NCBI RefSeq assembly: GCF_009914755.1
Contig: NC_060944.1
Direction: 5' to 3' (one strand)
Length of the DNA: 64,000 nt
Source: the human T2T-CHM13v2.0 reference genome, Homo sapiens
The notes under the pieces are model-generated. The model was not told where the DNA came from. It saw nothing but the letters and a program-made list of their open reading frames with translations, and ran no database searches. Positions 41,290 to 55,659 of this stretch are shown in pieces. Numbering within the stretch: position 1 is the first letter of the stretch; each line of letters starts with the position of its first letter. Position numbers and translations under genes: made by a program.

Positions 41290-42867
<1,578 letters not shown>

Positions 42868-43489
42868 TGAGCGCTGATGGCAGAGCATGCTCGTCCATTC
42901 GCCCGTGTGCTGGCTCCTTCTTCCAGGAGCTGTTCGGCCATAGCTGCTGACTGCCTCTGCCAGGTCAGCTCCAGGCTTGGGTGGCAGTCCTGACACGGCT
43001 GGGGCGCAGGGGCCGGGACGTGGGCGGGAATGAGAGGGAACCTGCCTGGGAAGGCTGGGGAGGAGCGTCCAGGCCCCGTGGTCATTTGCGGAGGTAGCGA
43101 GTGGCAGGGCCTGCTTGGGTGGATTCTGAGCCTGGAGGCCTCTATGCAGGCCAGCACAGACAGCCTCGGGCAGGAGACTCCCAGCCGCACACAGGCTCCT
43201 GGTCCTCCAGCTCGGTGCCCGCCCTCCTGGGACCTTGCTAGAAGGCAGAACGTGCTGTCAGTGCCACGTCAGACCCGGCTCCCAAAGCCCCCCCACCTCA
43301 GATCCTGATGCTGGCCCACGAGGAGCTCCCATTTCTGGGTCTGGATTTTCAGAACCCCCCCAACAAACCACTCTGCTGCTAGGTTGGAGCCCTGCGGGCA
43401 GCCGAAAGCCAGGAGGAGGCGGCAGGGCCCACGGCACCTCTCATCAGCGCCCTTGTGCCCTGGAAGCAGGGGCTCTGGCCAGCTGGGGC

Positions 43490-44510
43490 TGTGTGTGGGA
43501 GCATGTGTGTCTGTGTGTGTATTTATGAGTTGTGTGACCCTGTGTTTGAATGTGTGTAGGAGTGTGTCTGTGTGTGTATGAGTTGTGTGACCCTGTGTTT
43601 GAATGTGTGTAGGAGCGTGTCTGTGTGTGTATTTGAGTTGTGTGACCCTGTGTTTGAATGTGTGTGGGAGCGTGTGTGTCTGTGTATTTATGAGTTGTGT
43701 GACCCTATGTTTGAATGTGTGTGGGAGCGGGTGTGTGTGTGTATTTATGAGTTGTGTGACCCTGTGTTTGTGTGTGGGAGCATGTGTGTCTGTGTGTGTA
43801 TTTATGAGTTGTGTGACCCTGTGTTTGAGTGTGTGTGGGAGAATGTGTGTCTGTGTATTTATGAGTTGAGTGACCCTGTGTTTGAATGTGTGTGGGAGTG
43901 TGTGTGTCTGTGTATTTATGAGTTGTGTGACCGTTTGTGTGTGGAAGCATGTGTGTCTGTGTGTGTATTTATGAGTTGTATGACCTTGTGTTTGAGTGTG
44001 TGGGAGCGTGTAGTGTCTGTGTGTTTATGAGTTGTGTGACCCTGTGTTTGAGTGTGTGTGGGAGCATGTGTCTGTGTGTGTATTTATGAGTTGTGTGACC
44101 CTGTGTTTGAATGTGTGTGGGAGCGTGTGTGTCTGTGTATTTGAGTTGTGTGACCCTGTGTTTGAGTGTGTGTGGGAGAATGTGTGTGTGTGTGTATGAG
44201 TTGTGTGACCCTGTGTTTGAGTGTGTGTGGGAGGATGTGTGTCTGTGTGTGTATTTATGAGTTGTGTGACCCTGTGTTTGAATGTGTGTGGGAGCGTGTG
44301 TGTCTGTATTTGAGTTGTGTGACCCTGTGTTTGTGTGTGGGAGAATGTGTGTGTGTGTATGAGTTGTGTGACCCTGTGTTTGAGTGTGGGTGCGCATGCA
44401 CGTGTGTGCACGCATCCGAGTGTGCATGTGCCTGAGTGTGCGAGTTGCCGCATGTGCGTGTGCGTGTGAATATGCACGTCTGTGTGTTCACGTCTGAGTG
44501 TGCACACAAC
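43490..44510. repeat. TG-rich minisatellite, ~16 copies of a ~55-60 bp unit, followed by a simple repeat
   Basis: GTGTATTTATGAGTTGTGTGACCCTGTGTTTGAATGTGTGTGGGAG repeated. Confidence 0.95.
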
Positions 44511-45647
44511 CTCAGGACCTGGCCGTGGCGGTCATTCGCTGTCGGGCCGACAGAGGGTGCCGTCGGACAGGGCTGTGCCGGCTCTCTGAGCTCCCAGCAA
44601 AGCTGTCTCCTGCTTGGGACTCAGCGTGGGGGAGGAGCCGGCCGCTCTGCTGTGAGAGAAGGGAACGGGTTGCGAGGGAGACCTACGAGGTGGAGGAACA
44701 GCGTGGGGGATGGCAGGGGGCAAAGTGACGTCCAGTTTGGGGTGGGAGGAGGGAGAGTGTGAGGCCCAGGAGCGGGACGCGGGGGAGGGGGCCGGGCGTG
44801 GGCACCGGATCTTCTCAGGACTGGTGGGTGTGCCTCAGGGGCCTGATGGCCTGATGGACGGCGGGCAAGAACCCTTCCACCATCCGCTCCGTCCCCAGCC
44901 TGGGGCACCACGGCGCGTCCTTCCCCCGGGTGCGCAGCGTGTCCTGCCTCCCCCTTAAAGGACAAGGGGCAGAATCCTGGCCCAGGGCGGAGCTCCAGGC
45001 TCTCCTCGCCGCCCCTCCCCATGGTCCAGCACGCCCCCATGCCCTTCCCCTCAAAGACCACAGGGCCCAGCAGGGCAGGGCCGGGCTGCAGTGTGGACAG
45101 ACGGCTCGGGTAGGAGTTCTGTGGCGGGGGCTGCAGTCCCGGCCCCATCCAGGACAATCATCGTCTAAGGAGCGGCTCCGGGTCCGCGGGCTTGGGGAGG
45201 CTGGGCGAGGCACAGGGCTGTGGGCACGGGATCACCGAGGACACCAGCTCAGGAACACGGGCTGGGGCGGGGTCACATGCGGGCGGTGCCAGCTCTGGTG
45301 GTCCGGGCGCTGCAGTGCCCACCGAGCTCTACGCTTGCTCTTTCCCACGGGACTTTGCATGAAGATTTCGAGTCCCTGTGACGGGGAGTCCTGTTGGAAA
45401 TATTTACTATTGTGATGACCGGTCCGGAGAAGCTGGGAAACACAGAGGCCTGTGGAGGGGAGAACCAGTTTCCCGGCGCGCTGCAGTCGAGCCGTGGCTG
45501 CCCCTGCCAGCCTCGCAGCCCACAAGCCCTAGAGGCCCCATCCTGGTCACTTCCCGGCTTCTCCCCAAGCCCACTGCCCTGAGTCCTCCCGCCCCACCCC
45601 CCGCATGTCCCTCCAGGGCTGGGGCTGTGCCTGCCCGAGCTCCCTGA

Positions 45648-46050
<403 letters not shown>

Positions 46051-47139
46051 TGTCATTTCTTTAAATCAGGATCTTTAATGGCCGCTTAATAGCCACCATT
46101 AGTATGTTAATAACCCCCCCCCCCCACTCTAGGCAGCCTGTCTCCCTATTTCTGGGCCATTGTCCTTCATCTGTGGGGCGGCAATACCTGGAGATCTCTG
46201 CTTGCCCCCTTGGGGACCCTGGACATCTATTCCCCTGGATGGGGACACTCGAGCTGGGACAATGCCTGGGGGATGCCCCAGTGGGAGCACCTCTCAGGAG
46301 CCCTCCAAGCTGCGTTCTGCCTGTCAGCAGTGGGTACCGCCGGGCTGCCCGGCCCCTCCCCTCCCCTGGGTCCTGCCAAGTCGGTCAGAAGGAAAGATGG
46401 GCAGCGGTTGGAATATACTTTTGACGGGAATTTACTTTATTGTGTTTAATTGTAAAGCGTGGAAGTCGAGGCATGAATATTCAGCGTCGCCGGCTGCTGG
46501 CGCGGAGCCGAGGTCTGTGTTCCGACGTGCCCAGCAGGGGGCCTGTCCGAGGGGGAGCGACGGTGAGGAAGCTATTTATTGAAATAGCTTCATTAATTAG
46601 TAATTAACAGCAGGGTAATGACTATGTCACACATCGTAATTCAGTGGATGCCCTTCATGTGTTATGAGGCCTTTAATTAAAGGACGTGCATTTTAATTAA
46701 AGGGGTGCTTGGCCCTTTGGCCTTTGCAATACAAAAGACGCTCTCAACTTTCAAAGAAGCTGACAGGGAGGCTGTGCTCGTGCATGGAGTGGGGGCTGCC
46801 GGGGGTGTCCACCCTCAGGGCACGCCTCGCCTTCCAGCCCAGCTCTGGCTGGTCCTCCTTGGAGTCCATTGGACAACCTGGTGGCCATGTGGGGTACAGG
46901 AGGGGCCCTGGGCCAGACAGCCATGGATGGGGAGGCCGAGGTCCCTGTGACCCCCCTTGGGGTCCAAGCACTCTTCTCTGCCCCCGCAACTTATCTATCT
47001 GTGGGTTGGAAATATAGTGTCTGAGAGGCACCAGAGACACTTGTCTCCCACACTGGTTTGCCAAAATTCTAGGGTCTTCCCATCCCAGCACTGCCTGGGC
47101 ACCTTTGTGCCCATCGTGGGAGGGTGCCCTGCTGAGGCT

Positions 47140-47350
47140 GTTTTAAAACTGGCACCCACATTCTTTCCCTCAAGAGATGGAGCCTGTGTCCCCTCCCCTT
47201 GAATCTGGGGGTGGGGACTTGTGACTGCTTCTGAAGCTAAAATGTGATTTCTGCAGCTTCTGCCTGGATATCCTGGGCACTCACTCTTGGGACCCGGCCA
47301 CCATGCTGTGAGGAAGCTGAATCACCCCACGCAGGAGCCACCTGGAGAGG
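47140..47350. mobile_element. MLT1 (ERVL-MaLR) LTR fragment
   Basis: CCCTCCCCTTGAATCTGGG...GCCACCATGCTGTGAGGAAGC resembles older MLT1. Confidence 0.6.
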
Positions 47351-47883
47351 CCAGACATGCACCTAGGGTGGGGGGAGGGGGTGTCTGAGCTGGTTGGAGG
47401 AGGGAAGGCTGTTCACTGAGAGAGCAGACCCAGGAGCCCCGGTGGCAGAAGGGGCCCGGCAGGGAGTGCTGGGCAGGGAGCGCCCATGTGCCCACCCGAG
47501 TGCCAGTGCCAGCCAGCTGCTGCCCGGAGAGCCCCGGCCCTCTGTAGCTATCTGGCCTCTGCTCATGGCTGTTGCTCAGAGAGAATCTGACCAGCACTGA
47601 CTTCACCTCCGCCCACCCCCTGAGGCGGCAGCTGGACCTCAGCGTTGCTTCAGGAAGAAGTCCTCAGCCAATAGTGTCCATGCCAAGGACAAATCTGAGA
47701 GGCCACTAAAAATGCCAGAGACATGCGGGATAAAATACAGCCTGTCCCATTAAATTATTGATGCCTTTAACATTAATTACCATCCTCCAAACCTGCAGTG
47801 GCTCACATCTTCCCTCCTTCCTCCGGCTTGGAGAACCTTCAGCTAGAGCTCAGGCTGGAAATGTATTTTACTGTTTTCCCTGT

Positions 47884-48262
47884 GCCTCTGTCATGCAGGG
47901 GTCTTGGAGGTGCACTCCCACCCCAGCACAGGTGCCACAGGACTGCCTCTGGTGCCCTTGACCCACCCACACCAGCTCCACACCCACACCTCCCCCCAAC
48001 CTTCCCCCAGCAGGCGCAGGACTGCCTCTGGGGCCCCGACTCACCCACACCAGCCTCTGTGATGTGGGGGTCTTGGGGGTGTGCTCCCACCCCAGCACAG
48101 GTGCCACAGGACTGCCTCTGGTGTCCTCGACCCACCCACACCAGCTCCACACCCACACCTGTCCCCGAACCTTCCCCCAGCAGGCACAGGACTGCCTCTG
48201 GGGCCCCCGACTCACCCACACCAGCCCCACACCCACACCTGCCCCCAACCTTCCCCCAGCAG
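47884..48262. repeat. Imperfect C-rich tandem duplication (~170 bp unit with ~75 bp subunits)
   Basis: CAGGACTGCCTCTGG...CACCCACACCAGC occurs four times. Confidence 0.8.
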
Positions 48263-48399
48263 AGAGGCTCCAGGTCTTTCTGGCCCCTTCTCCCCTTGCC
48301 ATCTATTTTTATGGCTGCCTATAGGAACGTTTTCCATGAATGGAATCTGGAACTCCCACACAGACAGGCCTGGTGCTGGGGTGGGTCTGACGGTGTCGT

Positions 48400-49040
48400 G
48401 TGAGTTACCTCTGCTGCCCTAGCGGGGTCCTGTGACAGGGCAGCCTAAACAACAAGAATGAGTTTTCTCAGCGGGGCACAGTGGCTGGAATCCCAGCACT
48501 TTGGGAGGCCAAGGCAGGAGGATTGCTTGAACCCAGGAGTTTGAGACCAGCCTGGGCAACATGGCAAGACCTTGTCTCTACAAAAAGGAAAAAGAAATAT
48601 TAGCCGGGTGTGGGTGTACGAGCCTGTAATCTCAGCTACCCCAGAGGCTGGGGTGGAAGGATGGCTTAAGCCCAGGAGGTCAAGGCTGCCATGAGCTATG
48701 GTTGCACCACTGCCCTCCAGCCTGGGCGACAGAGCAAGACCCTGTCTCAACAAACAAAAACAAACAAACAAAAGAAATGGGCTCTCTCTCAGCTCTGGAG
48801 CCCAGAAGACCGAGATCAAGACCAGGACTGGTTCCTCCGGAGGCCACTCTCCTCCCTGTGTCCTTCTGGTCATCCCTCTGTGTATGTCTGTGACCAAATT
48901 TCCTCTTCTGATCCAGCCAGACTGGATTAAGACCAACCCCAGTGACCTCAGTTTGCCTTTCTTACCTCTTTAAAGACCCTAACTCTAAATGAGGCTGCAC
49001 CTGAGGTGGGAGTTAGGGCTTCTGCACAGGAAGGGGAGGG
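48400..49040 (-). mobile_element. MLT1A-like LTR interrupted by a plus-strand AluJ (48472-48772)
   Basis: MLT1-like TTTAAAGACCCTA.CTC.AAAT...GGGACACAGTTCAGCCC flanks the Alu. Confidence 0.7.
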
Positions 49041-49849
49041 ACACAGTTCAGCCCAGCACAGCGAGGCTCCATTCCCGCCTGCCCTGGACCCAGGGTCTAC
49101 CAAGCAGCGAGGCTACCCGAGAGCATACGACAGCCTGGCGCTGCCCTGACCTCCTTGGGGACTGAGGGGTGGTGGCGACAGACGGCTCACAGCTGAGTCC
49201 CTCTCCTGGTTCTCACGCTAGCAAGTTGACGACTGGTCAGCATGGGGGACAACCCCGAAGCCACGGGGGCTCCAGAGCACCTGTGGGCCGCAGAAGCTTC
49301 TGTCGGGGCTGCATCGCACCCCAACTCCTCCCCCGCCCTGCCTTGCCCCCCAGCCCCAGGACCCTCCGTCGGCAAATCTCCATCTCCATCAAGTTTGTGG
49401 GGGCCCAGCCTAAGGCGAGACCCCAAGCCCCTTGCTGGGAGGGCTCCCAGCAGACCCTCCCTATTAATAAGGAAAAAAAGCCAAACCGAGTTGAGAGGAC
49501 CACGGCAGATGACATGTTCGGCCACAATGCCACAGGACTCAGTCCAGCCAGGAGGAAGCTGGGGACAGATGGAGCCCTAGGGATGGGCCCAGGCAGGAGG
49601 TGCTACTGCAGGGGATGCGGGTCTGTGGCGAGAGGGGTGACACAGGCTCCAGAGCCTGGAAAGCAGGGCCCGGAGGGTCAGCCCACAGAAAGCAGGGCCT
49701 GGAGTGTCAGCCCCACAGAACACTCACAAGCTTGGAGGCGCCAGCCGCGCTGCTCTGATGGCTGCGCCCTGTGTGCAACGGTAAGCTGTGCCTGCAACAT
49801 GGACTGTTATTACGTGTCATTATAAACAGAATAGAAACCCCCACCTGAT

Positions 49850-49980
49850 GCCACGCCCACACCCACTAGAATAGCTGGCACTGTGGCCACGCCCAATAGA
49901 ATGGCTGGCACGGTGGCCACGCCCACTAGATTGGCTGGCACTGTGGCCACGCCCACTAGAATGGCTGGAACTGTGACCCA
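49850..49980. repeat. Minisatellite, ~4 x 30 bp
   Basis: CCCACTAGAATGGCTGGCACTGTGGCCACG at 49862, 49892, 49922, 49952. Confidence 0.92.
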
Positions 49981-52900
49981 CGGGAGGATCAGGAGGGACC
50001 GAGGCTGTGGAGGGGTCCTAAGAGCCTGCCTGGTGTCGGGGAGCTGCTGATGCCCCTGTTAAAGTGGAGCACGTGGAACTGGCCCCCGAACCGTCCCCAC
50101 CACCCTGCTGGGGCGGCCGGTCCCTGAGTGGGTACGAGGCCAGGGTGGGGTCTCACAGCTCCCGTGGGCCATCTCCCCTCCTGGCGCACTTCCTCTTTCT
50201 GGTTTTAGGATGTCACCTTGATAGACGTCACAGAAACCGCATACCGTTATCTGAGAAAGTAAAACACACGAGTGAGCCCAGGCATCCTCTGGGGTTTGGT
50301 CAGTATCCTTCGAGCTGCTGGGCGTCTGTGCACCGCGGGTTCCCCTGGGCCCCCTAATGGGAAGCGTTCTCCTGCCGGGTCGTAGGGTCTCCTGTCAAGG
50401 GCAGCGGCTGTCCCACCCCCATCTCCCTCTGCTGAGACACCTCTGCTCGGCACCCCGCTCCCTGGGCCTCGCCAGGGACACATAGCAGGGGGCTGTGAGC
50501 CCCAGAGGCCAAGAAAACTGCTCCCTGCTTCCAGCCCCAGACACCACCTCGCCTGTCCCAGGTGGCTGAGAGTGGGATCTGGGATTGGCTACTTCCTTTG
50601 GGCATCTCCCTGCCATTCATACCCAGGCCATCCTCCTTCCTTCCTCCCCCAGGGCCAGGATGGTCCCAGGCAAGGATGAGAGGATTGCTCACCCGAGCAA
50701 GGCCCGAAGCCTTTCCTGAAGCTCATTTGGGCAATTGGAGGCTGGAGGTCCCCCCGCCCAGCCCAGGAAGACTCAGCCTCCGCCCCCTCCATGGCCCCTG
50801 AGTCTCAGTTCTGCTTCGGCAGCTCCTCCTGTCCCCAAGCGTCCTCTGTTCCCGCAGCCTGAGCCAGCATGGGGAAGCTGGAGACAAGCCCTGAGCAGCC
50901 GGGCCCCTCCTCCTCAGGGACCCCTCCGGAGCTGGGCACGGGCAGCACTTCCTCACCCCGTTGTCCTGGGGGGCCGAGCTTGGTGGATGGCAGTGCCCAG
51001 GGACGGGGGGACCCTCGGAGGCCGGGGTGTTTCCTGTGGACACTCAGTGTGGGCTTCTCACGGGGCCTGAGGGGTTTTCAGCGAAGGAGTTGCCTCCGCC
51101 CTTTAGGCTGTTTACGTGCTCCCCGTGCCACCATTTTCTCCCCAAATAGACAATCTGGCTACAGGCTCGGGAAGGCACCGGCGCGGCTGACCGCTGCCCC
51201 CACGCTGACCCTAGGACGGTCTGTCTCTGTGTTTTTGCCAGCATCCCATGGAGCGGATGGTTTTAGGAGGGACTTTCTTGGACATTCCCTTGCTAAGCCA
51301 GGGAACTCAAGGATCAGCGGTCACGTACCCAGTTTTCAAACATTTTCCATTTCTACGTTTAATTGGAGGAAATGATTTTACCAACATTAACTTTTTTATG
51401 TGGAAAACTACGAACAAGACTTGGCCACTGTCAAAATTTGCCAATTATCACGCCCCATCTCTCTTGGGCGCCTTCAGTTTCCTGGCTGGGTTTGAAGCTC
51501 TAGCTGATGTCAAGTGGAGGTTATTCTTCCATTGGCCTTTAGTGGGTGACAAAGGTGACCCTGAGCTCAACAGCACCACGCGGGCCCCAGGCAAAAGCAG
51601 TCGAAAACCTGGATCACGAATGTTTGGGGCGCAAACAGCTGAGCCAGGGTCTCCCAATAAGAGCTGAGAACACATACTGGCTCCTGTGCCCGACCGAAGC
51701 TCGATGCCCTGGCTGGTCCTCCCCTCATCGTGCGAGGGCCAAGGACGTGGCTCTGTCTGGCTGGGCCCTCTCTGCCCCCTCTGCCAGGAGGGCTGAGGTG
51801 ATAGCAGCTCTGCCCAGAGTGGAGTTTCCTGCCCCTCCCACTGCAATACAAAGCTCATGATGGTCTTGGATTTTGCATATTGATCAGTCCATACAGAGCA
51901 GTGACCGTGGGCAGCAAGTGGCTCAGGCTCGTCTTGTCCCTGGGCAAGCTGGGGCCTGGGAGAGGACAGACAGATGCTCAACACTCCAGCACGCAGAGCC
52001 CCTCAGCACAGCTCAGGCTCCTTCATTAGCATCCCTGCCTGCCGTGCAGACCCACCCAGGGTCACAGGCTCCTGTCCCTAGTCATCTCCAGGATTGGCCT
52101 AATTGGCGGCTTTTCCGCAGCTCTCAGAGAGAAGGGTGAGGCGCTGCGGCCATCCCCTCGTGGGCGGAGAGCTGCCGTCTCAGCCAGCGTTGGGGGGGAC
52201 CCTGCAGGGGAGGCGAGGAGACAGGACTGCCTGCCAGCCCTGCCCAACCCTGCCGGCTGGTCGCTGTCTAGAGCTGGCAAGGAAACTCGGTTTGTTTGCA
52301 GAAAAACGAAGAGAGGAGAATAGCCCCTGAACTCATGCAGCCCACGGTTGCCAGATTTGACTGGGTCCTTTCAGTCCAGCGGCCCCAGGCAGGGACAGGT
52401 GGCTTCCCTGCCAGTCCTGGTCTGAACCCCACGGGCGAGGGTCCTGCAGTCCCAACCCTGCATCTCAGGCTCAAGTGCGGCCCCCCTCGCTGCCCAGCTC
52501 GGCGGCTGTGCCTGCTCACGGGGAGGCCCTCTCTGCGCACAAACCACCGGTGTCTGTCCCGGACAGAATCAGTCCCATCTTCCTTTGCTCACCAGCACGA
52601 TTCAAAGGGGGCTGAAGAATAAATGTTTTCCTAAGTTTTAGCTGACATTCAATTTCAATGACTTTTTAAACAAAGTAGCTGTTAAACGTGCAATGTTTTA
52701 TGGTTTCCTGATGTCTGACAGGTGTTTTTGCCCATGTGGGAAGCAGATGCTAATCGCATTCTCCCTAATAGCTCATAAATAATAAGCACTGAGTGTTCCC
52801 TTTGTGCGCCGTGCTGCCAGTGGCCAATTTGTTCTTCAGAAGTGGCCACGCTGCCTGTCAATCAGCTCTCGCCCGAGGCACTTTTTGGTGATTAGAAGCC

Positions 52901-55659
52901 CCTTGGAGAGCGAGAACTCCAAATTAGTTTTAAATAAAAAATAAGAATATTCATGCTGCTGAACATCTAAAGGTAAAGGAGACAACACAGTCCAAACCTG
53001 CGGCCTAGGTCCGGCATCGCTGGTGGAGGGGCCGCGCGCCCAGACCCACCGGGGTCCCCGGGGACGGGGACGCGGACGGGGTGCAGACGGCACCACACAG
53101 AGAGGCACGGGGTGGGGGTGACAGGCACGGAGCCGCTTGGCGGGAGGGGCTCAGGCAGCCTCCTGTCGGCTGAAACGCGCGGCCACACGAGAGCTCGGCT
53201 GCGTTCCGGGACTGGCGTAATTGGCAGGCTCCAGGCAAGAGCGCTCATGCTGACTGGCGCCTTTGCTGGGACTTGAAAGCAGGGGAGGGGATGTGCCTGT
53301 CTCCTTGAGAGGAGAACAAATGTTCCCTTTGAAGAAGTTTGCGGTGAGCGGGGCCAGTGTCAGAGGAGATGGCTTCTGGGGTGGCGGGCGGTGGCGGCAG
53401 GTGGCTCTGGCCCTGCCCCTCCCCCATCCCCCCTCTCCCCTCCCCCCCTTCCCCCCTCCCCCAGCAACCTCCGTGGGTCTCTCCTTTGGGGCAGTCTCAG
53501 CTGGGTGGGCGCCGCTGCCACCCGCGTCCTCAAAGTCACTCTTGCTGTTGTCCCTTCTGTGCATCAGAGTGGGGCCGTGTGCGCCCTTCTGGGGTTCCTG
53601 CTGGACTCCCCTCGGCCCCAGGCTCTGTCCGTGGTGCAGGGAGGTCCCGCCATCCACCCAGGCTCAGAAAATAGCATGAATCAGCTCATGCAGTGGGGAA
53701 GTGGGACCCTGGGCTAGGGGAAGCCAGGGGCAGTGTCCTCAGGGGAGAGAGGCCATGAAGAGCTGGGGAGGGCAGGCAGGGCTTCTGGACCAGTATGGGC
53801 AAAGGCCCGGTGGGTTCGGGGGCGGTGGTTTAACGCCTCTCTGTGAGAACCCAGGATGGGCGAGGGCTCCAAAGGTGAGTTGGCTACACAGAACCCTCCA
53901 GAATCTTTTGACCCTCACTGTGCTCCTTCCGACGCTGAGGGTGACCCACTCTGAGACCTCGGGGCTGTCTCCCTCCTTGCCAGCGTAGAGCCTGTGGACC
54001 ATGGGTGCAGGTGTGGGGCCTCAGGGTCCAGTAGGCCAGGGAGCGGCCAGGGAGCGGCCAGACCAAGACCTGCTGGGGGGCAGTGAGCAGGCTCTTGGTG
54101 GGACAGACTGGGGGACCGTGACTCCACTTGGGCTGGGGACAGCAGAGGGCTCTGGGCATTGGGAGAAGGGGGCAGGCTGAGAGAGGGGCAACAGGAGGCA
54201 GCAGGAACAGGCTGGGCCCATCTGAGGCTGGCGAGGCCTTGAGTGCAGGGACCCTGGAAGGCAACCGGCAGTGCCCAGCTCTGGCCTCCTCCAGAAGTGC
54301 CCCGACAGCACCAGCTGCCCCAACCCCTCCCCACCTCTCTCCACTTCCTCCCAGGGGTTTCCTTCCAGCGACCACAGCTGCCAGGCCACAAGCTTGGGGA
54401 GGATCCCCATCTCTCCAGACCCCACCCGGTTCTCCACACTGAGGGTGCCCTGCCCTGTGCCTTCCCTGTGCTCACAGGCTCTGGGGGTCCCTGACGGCCC
54501 TGGGACTGGGCGTCCTTCTCTGCTGGATGCCAGAGCTGTGAGCCCAAGGGGCCAGGAGTGCAGGCTGCCCTCAGGATCTGGCATGGGAAGCCTCCGGGTT
54601 CTCAGGCCTGGGGGCAAGTCCTGGGACTGAGCACCGTCTCCACTGGCCTAAGCTGTGGGCAGTGGGGAGGGAACATGGAGGAGGTCACATGTTTAAGTCT
54701 GAAAACAAATGATGTCCTCCCACTTCACCCTGCCTGGCCCCCACAGCCCACGGCCACTGCCCCCAGGACCATTTCACAGCTATAATTCTTGTCCTTCCTG
54801 GCTTTCCAACTAATGCATTGTGATTAGGCTATGCATTAATTAATAGGCAAAGACAAATCCATTTCATGGTGCATGCATTCTCGAGTTGGCTTCCGGAGGC
54901 TCTGCAGGAGGGACTGAAGCCTGGCCGGGGGAGGTGCCGGTGGCTGAGCCTGCTCCCAGTCGATGGCTGAGGACCCGGCCGCACCTCGATGGCTCACACG
55001 GTCAGGGAACCCGGGTTGTCCCTGGAAGGGGGAATAGGGAAGCTGTGGAACCCATGGGTGGCCTTAAAGGTGGCTGCGAAGAGGATGGGGGATGGTGGTG
55101 CCTCCTCACCTGCCCTCACAGAGGACTGAGGGCCCTGCCCCAAAACTGCAGGCCTGTGGCCTCCGTGGCGGGCACACAGGACAGGGTTTCCATCACAGAG
55201 ATTTAAGCTGCCCTCATCACTCCCATCCCCTTCCTACAATGGCATCCCCCGCGCTCAGGGCAAAGAGCAGACCCCTCCCTGTCCCCAGTACAGGCCCCGA
55301 CCTCCATTCCAGCCAGGGCACCTGGCACCGCCCTCCTCAATCTTAGTCCCCCTCCCCCACCCACACACCCTTTCCCCTCCCCTGAGCACCCTCATTGCTG
55401 CCTCAGGGCCCTGCATGTGCTGTTCCCCTGCCTGGATGCCCACCCCCAAGGGTCACCTCCTCCAGGAAGCCTTCCTTCTTCTCAGGCTGAGTTGGCTGGT
55501 TACTGCTGTGCCTGCTCTTGACTGGGGATTCTACCGGGGCGAGGCCAGGCTGCTCTTATCCATCGTCATGTCCTCAGTGGGCACACAGAGACCTGTGACC
55601 ATCAGTCAGTGTGACAGGGTTAAGGCTGCTACCATCGACATCAGTGCCATCTCTTCTTT

